A stretch of DNA of 63,987 bases from Curvibacter sp. Its GTDB lineage: Bacteria > Pseudomonadota > Gammaproteobacteria > Burkholderiales > Burkholderiaceae_C. The DNA lies in assembly GCA_003987795.1 (NCBI GenBank), contig RXJO01000010.1, positions 1-63,987 on the forward strand, in the 5' to 3' direction. Positions 52,421 through 61,789 of this stretch are shown piece after piece (positions within the stretch are counted from its first letter, which is position 1; the number at the start of each line of letters is the position of its first letter). The translations under genes and the position numbers were made by a program. The notes below the pieces were generated by a model. The model saw only the letters and a list, made by a program, of their open reading frames with translations. It was not told the origin of the DNA and made no database searches.

Positions 52421-52944
52421 GCGCCAGTGCCCGGTGGCTGCATCGCCAGACGACCCGACGCGCCCACAGCCAGGCAGCGCTTCTGCAGACCGGCGTTGGT
52501 GGGCGGTGTGACGCCAAAGGTGACCGGATCGGCGGGCAGGCCCGCCACCATGCCCTTGCTGCTGAAACGCAGGCTGCCGACGCCGTTGTCGGCCTCCAGC
52601 AGATCGGGAGAATCCCAGGCCGGCTGCAGACGCAAAAGGGTGTCGCCGCGATCAAACGCTGCGTTGTGGTTGGGGTCGACGAACACCAGCCAGCCCGTCT
52701 TCCAGTTGCTGCTGCCTGAGCAGCTGCGGCCGTCGACACTGCTGCACACCGTCACCGACAGACCCCGCCGGAGAGCCTCGCTGCGAGCCAACTGGAAGCT
52801 GGTCTGCAAGCCATCGAGCTCGCTTGAGATCCGACTGCTGTTGATGATGAATTGATAGGACGGTACCGCCAGGCGAATCATGATGGCCACAATGGCCACG
52901 CTCACCAGCAGTTCAATCAGGGTAAAACCCCTGCAAGGCTTCAT
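52414..52944 (-). CDS. FimT/FimU (GspH-like) minor pilin
   Basis: RGFTLIELLVSVAIV, ARSEALRR..VTVC, WKTGWLVFVD; first gene of the minor pilin operon. Confidence 0.87.
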   Translation of the reverse strand: MKPCRGFTLIELLVSVAIVAIMIRLAVPSYQFIINSSRISSELDGLQTSFQLARSEALRRGLSVTVCSSVDGRSCSGSSNWKTGWLVFVDPNHNAAFDRGDTLLRLQPAWDSPDLLEADNGVGSLRFSSKGMVAGLPADPVTFGVTPPTNAGLQKRCLAVGASGRLAMQPPGTGAC

Positions 52945-53260
52945 ATTGGGTTTTCAGTGTTCTTGGCTCCCTTGTCCATTTTTTTAGGCGCCATTGTCAT
53001 GACCACTCGCCCGCATACAAACACCGAACATCCAAGAAGAATAACCACCCATCGCACCAACGTAAAAACAAAACTATTGGCGTGATTTTTCGTAATTAGG
53101 TACAGCAAAAGATTCAGCATCCGGCATCCAAGAAGCCGCAGATTCAGATGCCTTCCCGGCCATCCTGCCGACAGCAGCGCACCCGGCCCCAGAAAGGGGC
53201 GGGTCCGGCACGTTCGCCAGCCCGCTCAGGGCCCGGCGCCGGTCGAGGGAAACAGGCGCT

Positions 53261-55474
53261 TCAGCGGATCACGTAAAGGGTGATGCTCTGCGCCGGCACC
53301 TTGTCATTGATCTGAGACCCGGTGTAGGTCAGCGGGCCCGACGCGGTGATTTGATTGGACGCGCTCAGCTGCCAGCGCTGACTGGAGCCACTGCCATTGC
53401 CAAAGTGGCTGAGCTTGAGGCTGATCGGGTGCGCGTTGGTGAGGTCCTTGTTGATCACCATCACCGTGAGCGCACCATCGAGGCTTCGCACCGCCGCGAA
53501 GGCAGACACCTGATCGGGATCGGGCGCCGAGGCCTTGACCGACTGATCACCGAAGGTGGACATCTGCCCATCGTAGTTGCGGTACATCTGGAAAGCCTTG
53601 TAGGTGGGCGAGCCGACGCTGGGCGCCGTCCAGCGGGTGGCGATGTCCACCCCTTCCCGGCCCAGGATGCCCAGCACGTCGGCCTGGGCCGTGGCGCCAT
53701 TGATGTGCTGGTCTGCTCCCCAGCTGTATTCGGTCAAGGCGATCTTCAAGCCCGGCGCGTACTGTTGCACCCACGCCTTCATCCGGGGGATCAGCATCAC
53801 CTTGCTGGCAATCCAGCTTTTGTCGGTGTAGGCAGGGTCCCAGAGCGAACGCGTCGACTGATTGCGCAGCAACTGGGTGGCCTGGCCCACATCGGCGGAA
53901 TACTCATTGCTCTGCGGGTAGTAGTGCAAGGAAAACACATCCAGCAGCCGGGTGCCGCTGCTCTGCTCGGCCTGTCGAATCTGATGCAGCAGCCAGGGCA
54001 CGTAGTCCATGCCCCCATGGGCGGTCCGATCTGGCGGATTGGACCAATTGCCGATCTGAAGGTCTTTGCCCGAGAAGTAATACCCCGACCAGCCGGCTTC
54101 CTCCGGCCCGACAATCTGAGCCCCTGGGTCGGTGGCCCGGATCATGCTGGCGTAGCGTCGGATCCGAGCGAGCACCTCGTCCATGCTGGCGCCGGCGGGG
54201 TGGGTGTCCCGATGGGTCTCGAACCAGATGCTGTGCTCGTTGTCGAGCAGGTAGTACCGCACGCCACCCTGGTCGGCAGCGCCGAACTTCTGCATCAGAA
54301 GCTGCACCAGACCGCGCTGGAAGTTCTCGTCCGCGGGCACGTTCGCATCGTTGGGATCGTTGTTGGTGATCAGGCTGCCATCCATGCGCACACCATTGCC
54401 GGCGTCGGGCATCCATTGCGAATCGGTGGCTTTCTGGGCGCCATACTTGGCCACGGAATAGCTGGCCAGCTTGCTTCGGTTGGGGCCGAGACGGGCCACC
54501 CAGTCGAGCATGGGGACGGTGACCATGCTTTGCGCCTGCGCCTGGCGGTTCGCCTCCACCAGCCCCGTCACCAGGCCAGCGGGGGTCGCGTCGCCACTCT
54601 CGCTCAGGCTTTCGTAGTACCAATCATCGGCATGGTTGGCGGCATTGAGCTTCCAGTTGTAGGAGGAGCTCGTGTTGCCGCCGTATCGGTTGATCGGACT
54701 GTTCAGGCCTTTCAACACCGCAGCGGTGTTGTCGAAAGCCGCCACCCCGTAGATCAGTGGCGAGATGGCATGTTGGTCTGCCGTGGCGTCGATCGCGATG
54801 GCGACCGTGCTGCCCGCCGCGGGTGAGGTGGCCGCCGTCAGGCTCAGCAAGATGTTGTTGAGGTAGAACTTGGGATGGCCTGCCGAATTCATCAGCCAGA
54901 TGTCCTGGAAGCCCTGCCCATTGAGCTGCGCGGCCAGCGGGATGCTCACGCTGTTCCAGGCATTGGCCTTGGGGCTGCTCAGAAACCGGGCCAACGGTGC
55001 GCCCGTCGTGCCCGAACCGAAACCCAGGTAGATCTGGTTCATCGTCTGGGTCGGCGACGGCCCCAGGAAGATGTCGAACTTCAAGGCACTGGCGCTCAAG
55101 ACCGGCTTGTCCAGGTGCAGGTAGGCACCACTGGACCACGCCCCCCCACGGCACTCGTCGGCCACCAGAGTGACCACCGAGCCGACCGTGGCCGTCAGCG
55201 AGGTGTTGCAGAGGTTCCAGCTCCAGTTGGACACGCCGGCCGCCAGCGCCCCCTGAACAAACAGGTTCTGGCTGTCCGTGGTCGCGGTCGGCGTGGCGGC
55301 AGCAGCCGCGACACTGCGCTGCAGGCGCGTGGCCGCCTGCTGTCTGGCCGAGACGGCGCCCGGCTCGGCACCCGTCGTCGCAGCCTGGCCCATGCCGCAG
55401 AAGCCGGCAAGCCCCAGCAGGCCCACCCCCAGGCGCATCACGCCGCCCCACCTCGGCGTCCATTCTGTTTTCAT
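53261..55474 (-). CDS. Secreted glycoside hydrolase family 44 (endoglucanase/xyloglucanase) with N-terminal accessory domain
   Basis: GAGGAGG RBS, signal peptide; ISPLIYG, RYGGN..SSYNW, YLLDNEHSIW.ETHRDTHP (acid/base Glu), GPEEAGW, LTEYSWG (nucleophile), AQADVLGILGREG, YRNYDG. Confidence 0.85.
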   Translation of the reverse strand: MKTEWTPRWGGVMRLGVGLLGLAGFCGMGQAATTGAEPGAVSARQQAATRLQRSVAAAAATPTATTDSQNLFVQGALAAGVSNWSWNLCNTSLTATVGSVVTLVADECRGGAWSSGAYLHLDKPVLSASALKFDIFLGPSPTQTMNQIYLGFGSGTTGAPLARFLSSPKANAWNSVSIPLAAQLNGQGFQDIWLMNSAGHPKFYLNNILLSLTAATSPAAGSTVAIAIDATADQHAISPLIYGVAAFDNTAAVLKGLNSPINRYGGNTSSSYNWKLNAANHADDWYYESLSESGDATPAGLVTGLVEANRQAQAQSMVTVPMLDWVARLGPNRSKLASYSVAKYGAQKATDSQWMPDAGNGVRMDGSLITNNDPNDANVPADENFQRGLVQLLMQKFGAADQGGVRYYLLDNEHSIWFETHRDTHPAGASMDEVLARIRRYASMIRATDPGAQIVGPEEAGWSGYYFSGKDLQIGNWSNPPDRTAHGGMDYVPWLLHQIRQAEQSSGTRLLDVFSLHYYPQSNEYSADVGQATQLLRNQSTRSLWDPAYTDKSWIASKVMLIPRMKAWVQQYAPGLKIALTEYSWGADQHINGATAQADVLGILGREGVDIATRWTAPSVGSPTYKAFQMYRNYDGQMSTFGDQSVKASAPDPDQVSAFAAVRSLDGALTVMVINKDLTNAHPISLKLSHFGNGSGSSQRWQLSASNQITASGPLTYTGSQINDKVPAQSITLYVIR

Positions 55475-55712
55475 ACTGGCCTCCTCGCCATGACGATGTG
55501 TAACCGGCTGATCGCCGTTCGTCGCAGTTTGTTAGCCGTATGACGCCTGCATGTAAGTAGATGCGTCTTTGACTTTGTCTATGACACACCCAGTTACCTT
55601 GCTTGCGATTTAGTCATCTCCGTTTGAAACAACAAAGACGAGCTGCCAGACGCCCGCCCCCTGGCACAGCCCCGAGCGACTTTGTGCCATGCCAGGTGCG
55701 CGGGGCGACGCC

Positions 55713-56624
55713 TCAGGCCTTGGGGCCGTGGTCCAGATAGGCCGACACGCGCTCGCCCCAGCGCTCTTCAGGGAAATAGTCCCAGACAGCATGGTGCTGG
55801 GTGGCCCAGTTGTCCCAGAACAGCAAGGTGCCCGGCTCCCAACGCACCCGCACCTGGAAGGCGAGGTTGCGCTCGATGTGGCGGTACAACTGCTGCAGCA
55901 CCGCCTGGCTCTCGTGACGGCTGAGCTGCACGATGTGCGAGGTGAAGGCCTCGTTGACGTAGAGGAACTTCTGCCCCGTGAACGGGTGCCGCGCCACCAC
56001 CGGATGCTCGGCGGCCGGGAAGGTCTTGCCCGGCTCGGGCTGGCTGCCGTAGCCTGCCGTCCAGGCTGTGGAGCCGTCGTGGACGGCGGTCAGGCCATCG
56101 AGAAAGGCCTTGTAAGGTGCCGACAGCGACTCATAGGCCAGCACGAGGTTAGCGAAGGCCGTGTCCCCGCCGCCCGATTCAGGCAGGCGGGTCACATGCA
56201 GGAAAGAGCCCCAGATCGGGTTCTCGTCGCAGGACACATCGTGGTGCCAGGCATCGCCCGCCGTGAAACGCGATTGCGGACCGGTGCGCCAGGCCAGGAC
56301 CTCCGGGTCATCGGTGCCGCCGGCCACAGCCCGGCTCTTGGCCAGCAGATGGCGGTGCAGCGTGCCGAAACGTCGTGCAAAGCGCTTGTGCGACTCCAGA
56401 TCCAGTGTCTGTCCACGAAAGGCCAGGACGAGGTTCTCGCCGATGGCGCGACGGATCTCTGCGAACTGCTCGTCGGGCAGTTCGCGCGACAGGTCCACAC
56501 CATGGATCTCAGCCCCGATCGTGGGCGCCAGGCGGGTCAGCTGGAAGGTCTTGTAGGGCGCACGGGGCAGCGCATGCCAGGCTTCGATGGCCTGCTTGTC
56601 ATTGAAGTCTTGGTAAAAGCTCAT
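55713..56624 (-). CDS. TauD/TfdA family Fe(II)/2-oxoglutarate dioxygenase
   Basis: IGAEIHGVDL, WHHDVS (HxD), GGDTAF, HPVV..HP.TG, WDNWATQH. Confidence 0.92.
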   Translation of the reverse strand: MSFYQDFNDKQAIEAWHALPRAPYKTFQLTRLAPTIGAEIHGVDLSRELPDEQFAEIRRAIGENLVLAFRGQTLDLESHKRFARRFGTLHRHLLAKSRAVAGGTDDPEVLAWRTGPQSRFTAGDAWHHDVSCDENPIWGSFLHVTRLPESGGGDTAFANLVLAYESLSAPYKAFLDGLTAVHDGSTAWTAGYGSQPEPGKTFPAAEHPVVARHPFTGQKFLYVNEAFTSHIVQLSRHESQAVLQQLYRHIERNLAFQVRVRWEPGTLLFWDNWATQHHAVWDYFPEERWGERVSAYLDHGPKA

Positions 56625-57115
56625 GGTGTTCACTCGTTCTGATGTCGCTTCGACATGGTTTCGACATGGGTTCATCACCGGCGCCGAGCCAGCCTTCCGC
56701 GGTGCTGGTCGTCATCGGTTCGTGCCGAATCTAGCCCTGGCTGGCTGCCGGCCTTCGACCCTTTTCAGATAAGAAAAAGTGATTCCAGCCAGATCTCCAA
56801 GGCTTGAGAAAACGCAAAAAAACAGCCGCCCGCAGGCGCAGCAGGTTGTTGCGGATCAAGTCACGCCAGCGGCGGCTGTGGCTGGCCGGCCCACGTGGCT
56901 GCCCCTCGAAGCCCCCTTTTCAAGGTCTTGTTTCGGTCCGATGTGCTGCCCGCAGGCGTTGAGGCAGGGCCTGCCCCACCGGGTCATTGCACCCGACTGC
57001 CGGTCGACCCCGGCGAGTTCCCCTACACTCCCCGGCAAACCCTGCTTTGGGCCAGCGCGCATCACAGCCCCCTTCGGGCCTGTGCGCAGCAACTGCCCCC
57101 TGCTGAACCCTCACC

Positions 57116-57931
57116 ATGCAAGCCCCCATCCCGAGCTCATTTCTCGCCCTGATTGAACCCGATCTGGCCCAGGTCGACACGCTGATCCAGCAACGCCTGA
57201 ACACCGAGGTGGTGCTGATTGCCTATGCGGCGCGGCACATCGCCCGCTCACCTGCGCAGCGGGTGCGCCCGGCGCTGGCCCTGGTCTGCGGCCGGGCACT
57301 GGGCGACAGCGGCGCGCACCAGCTGCAGTTGGCCGCCGTGGTCGAGCTGATCCATGCCGCGCTGGCCCTGCACCATGAGGTCGACCTGCCCCCCTCTGAA
57401 GCCACTTCCGGGCTGGGCAACGCCCCCAGCGTGTTGCTCGGTGACCTGCTCTACACCGGTGCGTTCCGCGCGATCGTCGAGTTGGGCAACATGCGCGTGC
57501 TGCGGGTGCTGGCAGACGCCACCAACCAGGTCGCCGAGGGCTCGGTGATGTACCAGCAGGCCTACCAGGCCACCGACTCGACACCCGCTGCCGATGAGTC
57601 CGGCGAGCGTCATCTGCGCATCACCGAGGCCCGCACTGCCTCGCTGTTCGAGGCCGGTGCGCGCTGTGCCGCCATCCTGGCTGGCGCCACCGCCGAGGCC
57701 GAGGCCGCGATCGCCGCCTACGGTCGATGCTGGAGTCTGGTCTGGCAATTGAGCGGCGAGATCACCGCTGGGGCGGCCACGCCGACCGGCCCCGCCTGGC
57801 CCAGCGATAGCGCTTTGACGGCAGCTCTGAACCAGGCCAGAAGCAGGCTGGCCGAAGCCCTGCAGGGACTCGAACGACTGCCAGAATCACCCGCCCGACA
57901 GGCCTTGCTGGGCAGCAGCACCCTCGCCTGA
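57116..57931 (+). CDS. Degenerate polyprenyl diphosphate synthase (IspB-like), probably non-catalytic
   Basis: RVRPAL, AAVVELIHAALALHHEV, GNAPSVLLGDLLY, AEG, RTASLFEA; both DDxxD motifs lost. Confidence 0.75.
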   Translation: MQAPIPSSFLALIEPDLAQVDTLIQQRLNTEVVLIAYAARHIARSPAQRVRPALALVCGRALGDSGAHQLQLAAVVELIHAALALHHEVDLPPSEATSGLGNAPSVLLGDLLYTGAFRAIVELGNMRVLRVLADATNQVAEGSVMYQQAYQATDSTPAADESGERHLRITEARTASLFEAGARCAAILAGATAEAEAAIAAYGRCWSLVWQLSGEITAGAATPTGPAWPSDSALTAALNQARSRLAEALQGLERLPESPARQALLGSSTLA

Positions 57932-57970
57932 CAACGCCATGGCGCGCCCTGCCGCGCCGAAGACGACACC

Positions 57971-58162
57971 ATGCCCGACACATTGCCTCCCAGCGACGAT
58001 CCCATGCCCGTCCCGCCCGTGCCGCCTGAGCTCGAGGACTGCTGCGGCAACGGCTGCGACCCCTGCATCTTCGACCGCCATGACCTGGCCATGGACGAAT
58101 ACCGCCAGGCCTTGCGCGCATGGCGCGCGCGTCAGCCCCAAGCTCAGCCGCCCGAGGCCTGA
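57971..58162 (+). CDS. Oxidoreductase-like domain small Cys-rich protein
   Basis: PVPPELEDCCGNGCDPCIFD...YR...W. Confidence 0.82.
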   Translation: MPDTLPPSDDPMPVPPVPPELEDCCGNGCDPCIFDRHDLAMDEYRQALRAWRARQPQAQPPEA

Positions 58163-58354
58163 GCCTGCTTCACGACCCGGCCCGTGTGGCAGATTTGCCC
58201 CAGGCGCAAGGCCTGGAGGCCGCTTGTTTGTGCTTCAAACGGGAAAATCACACGCTGGTCGCCGTTTTCGTTGCATTATGTAACGGTCAAACACACCGCT
58301 CGTTTTCGAAGATCGAGACTTGAAAACGCAGTAAACACGAAATCTGATAGACCG

Positions 58355-60208
58355 ATGCCGATTTTGCGCGAAATTGCCGACGACCTGACGGTGAGACGAG
58401 TTGAAATCCTGGTCTCTCAGTCCCGTCTGGGCACCTTGGCCGCGCTGTGCCTGTGCGCCTTGTTCGGCTTCACGCTGGTAGATCGCGTGGGGTGGACCGC
58501 TTATGGCCTTTGGTATGCCGTGGTGGCCTGCAGTTACCTGCTGCGGCAGTGGTATTACCACACCCGCCTGCGCCGGCGCGGACCGACACTGCGCACCCTC
58601 AACGTGATGGCGCTCCTCAACACCGTCACGGGGGCGCTGGCGGTCTCCTGCCTTCCCTTGTTCTCCCAGTCTCTGGACATCGTGGACCTGGCCTTGCTGT
58701 CGGCCCTGGTGGTGGGTTGGGCAGCCGTGACAGTGACCGTGCTCTCTGCCACGCCCCGCATCTATGGTCTGTTCCTGATCCTGAGCCTGGGGGCGGTGCT
58801 GCAAGCCTGGTTCGGGCACATCCAGCTGCACGCCCTGCTGACCCTGGGGGCAGCGCTGTTCTTTGGTGGCGTCCTGCTGCTCAATGTGTGCCGCATGCTG
58901 GATCGCCAGCAACAGTCCGAGTACGAACACCAGAAGGCGATCACCGACAGCCTGACCCAGCTGCCCAACCGCGAAGGCATCCGCGCCGATGGCGATGCCA
59001 ACCTGCGCCAGGGCAACGACCAGTTGGTGCTGGTGCTGGACATGGACCGTTTCAAGGCCATCAACGATGCCCTGGGCTATGAATTCGGTGATGCGGTGCT
59101 GATCGAGGCGGCGCGTCGCCTGCACAGCATCCCAGGCGCGAAGGTGGGGCGACTGCATGCCTCGCAGTTCTGCCTGCTCACCTCCAGCGATGCCGAGACC
59201 ACCGCCCTGATCGATCAGGTGCGCGAGCGTTTTGCCGATCCCCTCAATGTGATGGGCGAGCCGGTGGACATCAGCTTCACCATGGGCGTGGCCGTGGCCC
59301 CCCGGCACGGGCAAAGCATGCAGCACCTGATCCGTGCCGCCGCCATCGCCACCCACGCTGCCCAGCGCATGAATGCCGATTGGTTGACCTTTTCCGACAG
59401 CATGGAGCTGAGCACGCGCGCCGACCTGAGCCTGCTGTCCAAGCTCAAGGACGCGGTGACGCAAAACCAGATGGAGATGCACCTGCAGCCCAAGGTGCGC
59501 ATCGCTGACGGCAGCGTCGAATCGGCCGAAGCCCTGATCCGCTGGCGCCATCCCGAGCGGGGCCTGGTCCCGCCCCAGGAATTCATCCCTTTTGCGGAGC
59601 AGACCGGCAGCATCCGCATGTTGACGGAGTGGATGCTCAAGAAGGCCTTGCTGGTCTGCGCGCAGCAGCGCGCGGCCGGACGCCCGATTCAGATCTCGGT
59701 CAACATCAGCGCCAGCGATCTGCGCGATGACCGCCTGGGCCGTCAGGCCCAGGAGCTGGCCGCCCGGCTCCATGCCTCACCGCAGGACATCCGCTTCGAA
59801 GTCACCGAAAGCAGCGTGATGAACGACCCGGACACCGCCCTGAAGCACCTGTTCGCCCTGCGCGAGGCCGGCTTCAGCCTGTCGATCGACGACTTCGGCA
59901 CCGGGTACTCATCACTGGCCTACCTGCAGAAGATGCCGGTGCAGGAACTCAAGGTGGACCGATCCTTTGTGCGAGGCGTGCAGGTCGGCACCTCCTCCGA
60001 GGTGCTGCTCGATTCGATCTGCTCGCTGGCCCATCGCATGGGCCTGAGCATCGTGGCCGAGGGCGTGGAGACCGCCGAAGAGTGGGCCATCGTGAAACGC
60101 CTGGGTTGCGAGTACGTGCAAGGCTGGTATGTGGCCAAGGCCATGCCGGTTGAAGCGTTCTGGGACTGGCGTCAACTCAATGAGCCCGTGATCCCGCCCG
60201 GGCTCTGA
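58355..60208 (+). CDS. Membrane-anchored GGDEF(degenerate)-EAL phosphodiesterase
   Basis: About 6 N-terminal TM segments; DSLTQLPNR, GGDEF position reads RLHASQF; AEALIRW, DDFGTGYSSLAYL, VAEGVE. Confidence 0.9.
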   Translation: MPILREIADDLTVRRVEILVSQSRLGTLAALCLCALFGFTLVDRVGWTAYGLWYAVVACSYLLRQWYYHTRLRRRGPTLRTLNVMALLNTVTGALAVSCLPLFSQSLDIVDLALLSALVVGWAAVTVTVLSATPRIYGLFLILSLGAVLQAWFGHIQLHALLTLGAALFFGGVLLLNVCRMLDRQQQSEYEHQKAITDSLTQLPNREGIRADGDANLRQGNDQLVLVLDMDRFKAINDALGYEFGDAVLIEAARRLHSIPGAKVGRLHASQFCLLTSSDAETTALIDQVRERFADPLNVMGEPVDISFTMGVAVAPRHGQSMQHLIRAAAIATHAAQRMNADWLTFSDSMELSTRADLSLLSKLKDAVTQNQMEMHLQPKVRIADGSVESAEALIRWRHPERGLVPPQEFIPFAEQTGSIRMLTEWMLKKALLVCAQQRAAGRPIQISVNISASDLRDDRLGRQAQELAARLHASPQDIRFEVTESSVMNDPDTALKHLFALREAGFSLSIDDFGTGYSSLAYLQKMPVQELKVDRSFVRGVQVGTSSEVLLDSICSLAHRMGLSIVAEGVETAEEWAIVKRLGCEYVQGWYVAKAMPVEAFWDWRQLNEPVIPPGL

Positions 60209-60262
60209 ACCCCCTCTCCAAAAACTGGCAGACCCGGAGCCCCAACCGGATTCAGGAGCGAA

Positions 60263-61789
60263 ATGCCTATGACCACTGTGCGCTACGTCTGTCTGTCGGA
60301 TCTCCACCTCGGAGCCCCGGACAGCACCCTCACCCAGTTGAATGCCGCCGGCGAGTTCGATGCCGGCCAGCCCAGCCCCACACTGCTGCGCTTCGCCTCA
60401 TCGCTGAGACGCACGCTGCGGCACATGGCGCAGGCGGCCCGGTCCCAGGGGCTGACACCCAGCCCGCCGACACTGGTCTTGCTCGGCGACATCCTGGACC
60501 TGGGCATCTCGCCGATGGGACAGGTGGCGCGCGTGTTCGCCCAATTTGTCGAGGCCCTGTTCCCGCCCGGACAGGAACCGGTGCTGTCGCCCACCCTGCT
60601 GCTGGTCCCAGGCAACCACGATCACCATCTGTGGCGCATGGCCCAGGACACGCTGTTCGTCGATGCGCTGCGCCGGGGCGAGATCCACGATGACCTGATC
60701 GACCACTCGGAGTACCGCGACCGCCCTCCGGGCTCCGAGATCCGCTGCGACATGCTCACAGCCATCCTCCAGCGCCACCTGCCTGACGAGCCCCAGGCAC
60801 GGGTGCACATCGCCTACCCCAACCTCTGCCTGCTCGCGCCAGACCGCCAGCGCGGCGTGGTCCTGCACCACGGCCACTACGTCGACCCGACCTACCGGCT
60901 GATGAGCACGGTCAATGGCCTGATGTCGGGCCAGTCGATGGGCGACCTGAGCGCCGAGACGCTGGAGCAGGAGAACGGCGCCTGGGTCGACTTTCTGTGG
61001 TCCGATCTGGGCAGCGCCGGCGACACCGGACGTGAGGCCTTCTCGCTTTACCAGGTGATGAACAATGCGGGCGCCTCCCACGCCTATGCCGACCAGTTCC
61101 GCGAGCGGCTGCTCGACCAGGTCGCCACCCAACTCGGATTCAGCGGCAGCATGCCGCTGTACCAGGGCATCACGCTGCGCCAACTCGTGGGCGCGCTGAT
61201 CGAACTCACCCTGACCCGCAATGCCCAGGGTCAGCGCAACAATTTTCTGGACCTGGTCGCGCCTGAAGACCTGAAGAACCTCAGTGCCTACATCGCCGGG
61301 CCAGCGCTCTACGACCTGCAGGCGGCCCTGCGATCCGACACTGGCGCGGCCAAGGCCCTGGACGACTTCGATCTGTCCTTTGTCTACGGCCACACCCACA
61401 AGCCCTTCCAGCAGGAGTTGGTCATCGATGGCCTGACCCAGCCGGTGGCGGTCTACAACACCGGTGGCTGGGTGCTGGACCAACCCACGATGACCTTCAC
61501 CCAGGGCGCCTCGGCCGTGTTCATCAGCGATGACCTTCATCTCGCCGCCCTGCGCCTGTTCAACGACCCGGTGGACGGACAGATGGCCCCGGTGCGGGCC
61601 GAGGGCCTGCTGAACTTCCGGGACCGGCACAACCCCCTGCTGACCCAGATACAGCAGGCCGTCGCGGCCACCGAGGCCGACTGGGCCGCCTTCTCGGCCT
61701 CGGCGCGGGAGAAGCTCGAAGCCCTGGCAGCGGCGGCACTCCATGCCCGATCCATGGCCCACCCCTATCAGAAAGGAGCCCGGACATGA
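60263..61789 (+). CDS. Calcineurin-like metallophosphoesterase family protein
   Basis: All five motifs: SDLHLG, LGDILD, GNHDH, HHGH, GHTH; followed by YNTGGW. Confidence 0.85.
   Translation: MPMTTVRYVCLSDLHLGAPDSTLTQLNAAGEFDAGQPSPTLLRFASSLRRTLRHMAQAARSQGLTPSPPTLVLLGDILDLGISPMGQVARVFAQFVEALFPPGQEPVLSPTLLLVPGNHDHHLWRMAQDTLFVDALRRGEIHDDLIDHSEYRDRPPGSEIRCDMLTAILQRHLPDEPQARVHIAYPNLCLLAPDRQRGVVLHHGHYVDPTYRLMSTVNGLMSGQSMGDLSAETLEQENGAWVDFLWSDLGSAGDTGREAFSLYQVMNNAGASHAYADQFRERLLDQVATQLGFSGSMPLYQGITLRQLVGALIELTLTRNAQGQRNNFLDLVAPEDLKNLSAYIAGPALYDLQAALRSDTGAAKALDDFDLSFVYGHTHKPFQQELVIDGLTQPVAVYNTGGWVLDQPTMTFTQGASAVFISDDLHLAALRLFNDPVDGQMAPVRAEGLLNFRDRHNPLLTQIQQAVAATEADWAAFSASAREKLEALAAAALHARSMAHPYQKGART

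Noticed and set aside
51849-52739. N-terminal extension of the 538-aa ORF 51123-52739
   Set aside because: Overlaps pilV and fimT in another frame; the pilin signal places the true PilW start at 51848.
55480-55620. c-di-GMP riboswitch upstream of GH44
   Set aside because: AT-richer leader, but the GEMM consensus elements were not found.
56860-57060. Possible structured RNA (tmRNA- or riboswitch-like) between tauD and the ispB-like gene
   Set aside because: Only short GC-rich stems; no tag peptide, tRNA-like ends or riboswitch consensus recognised.
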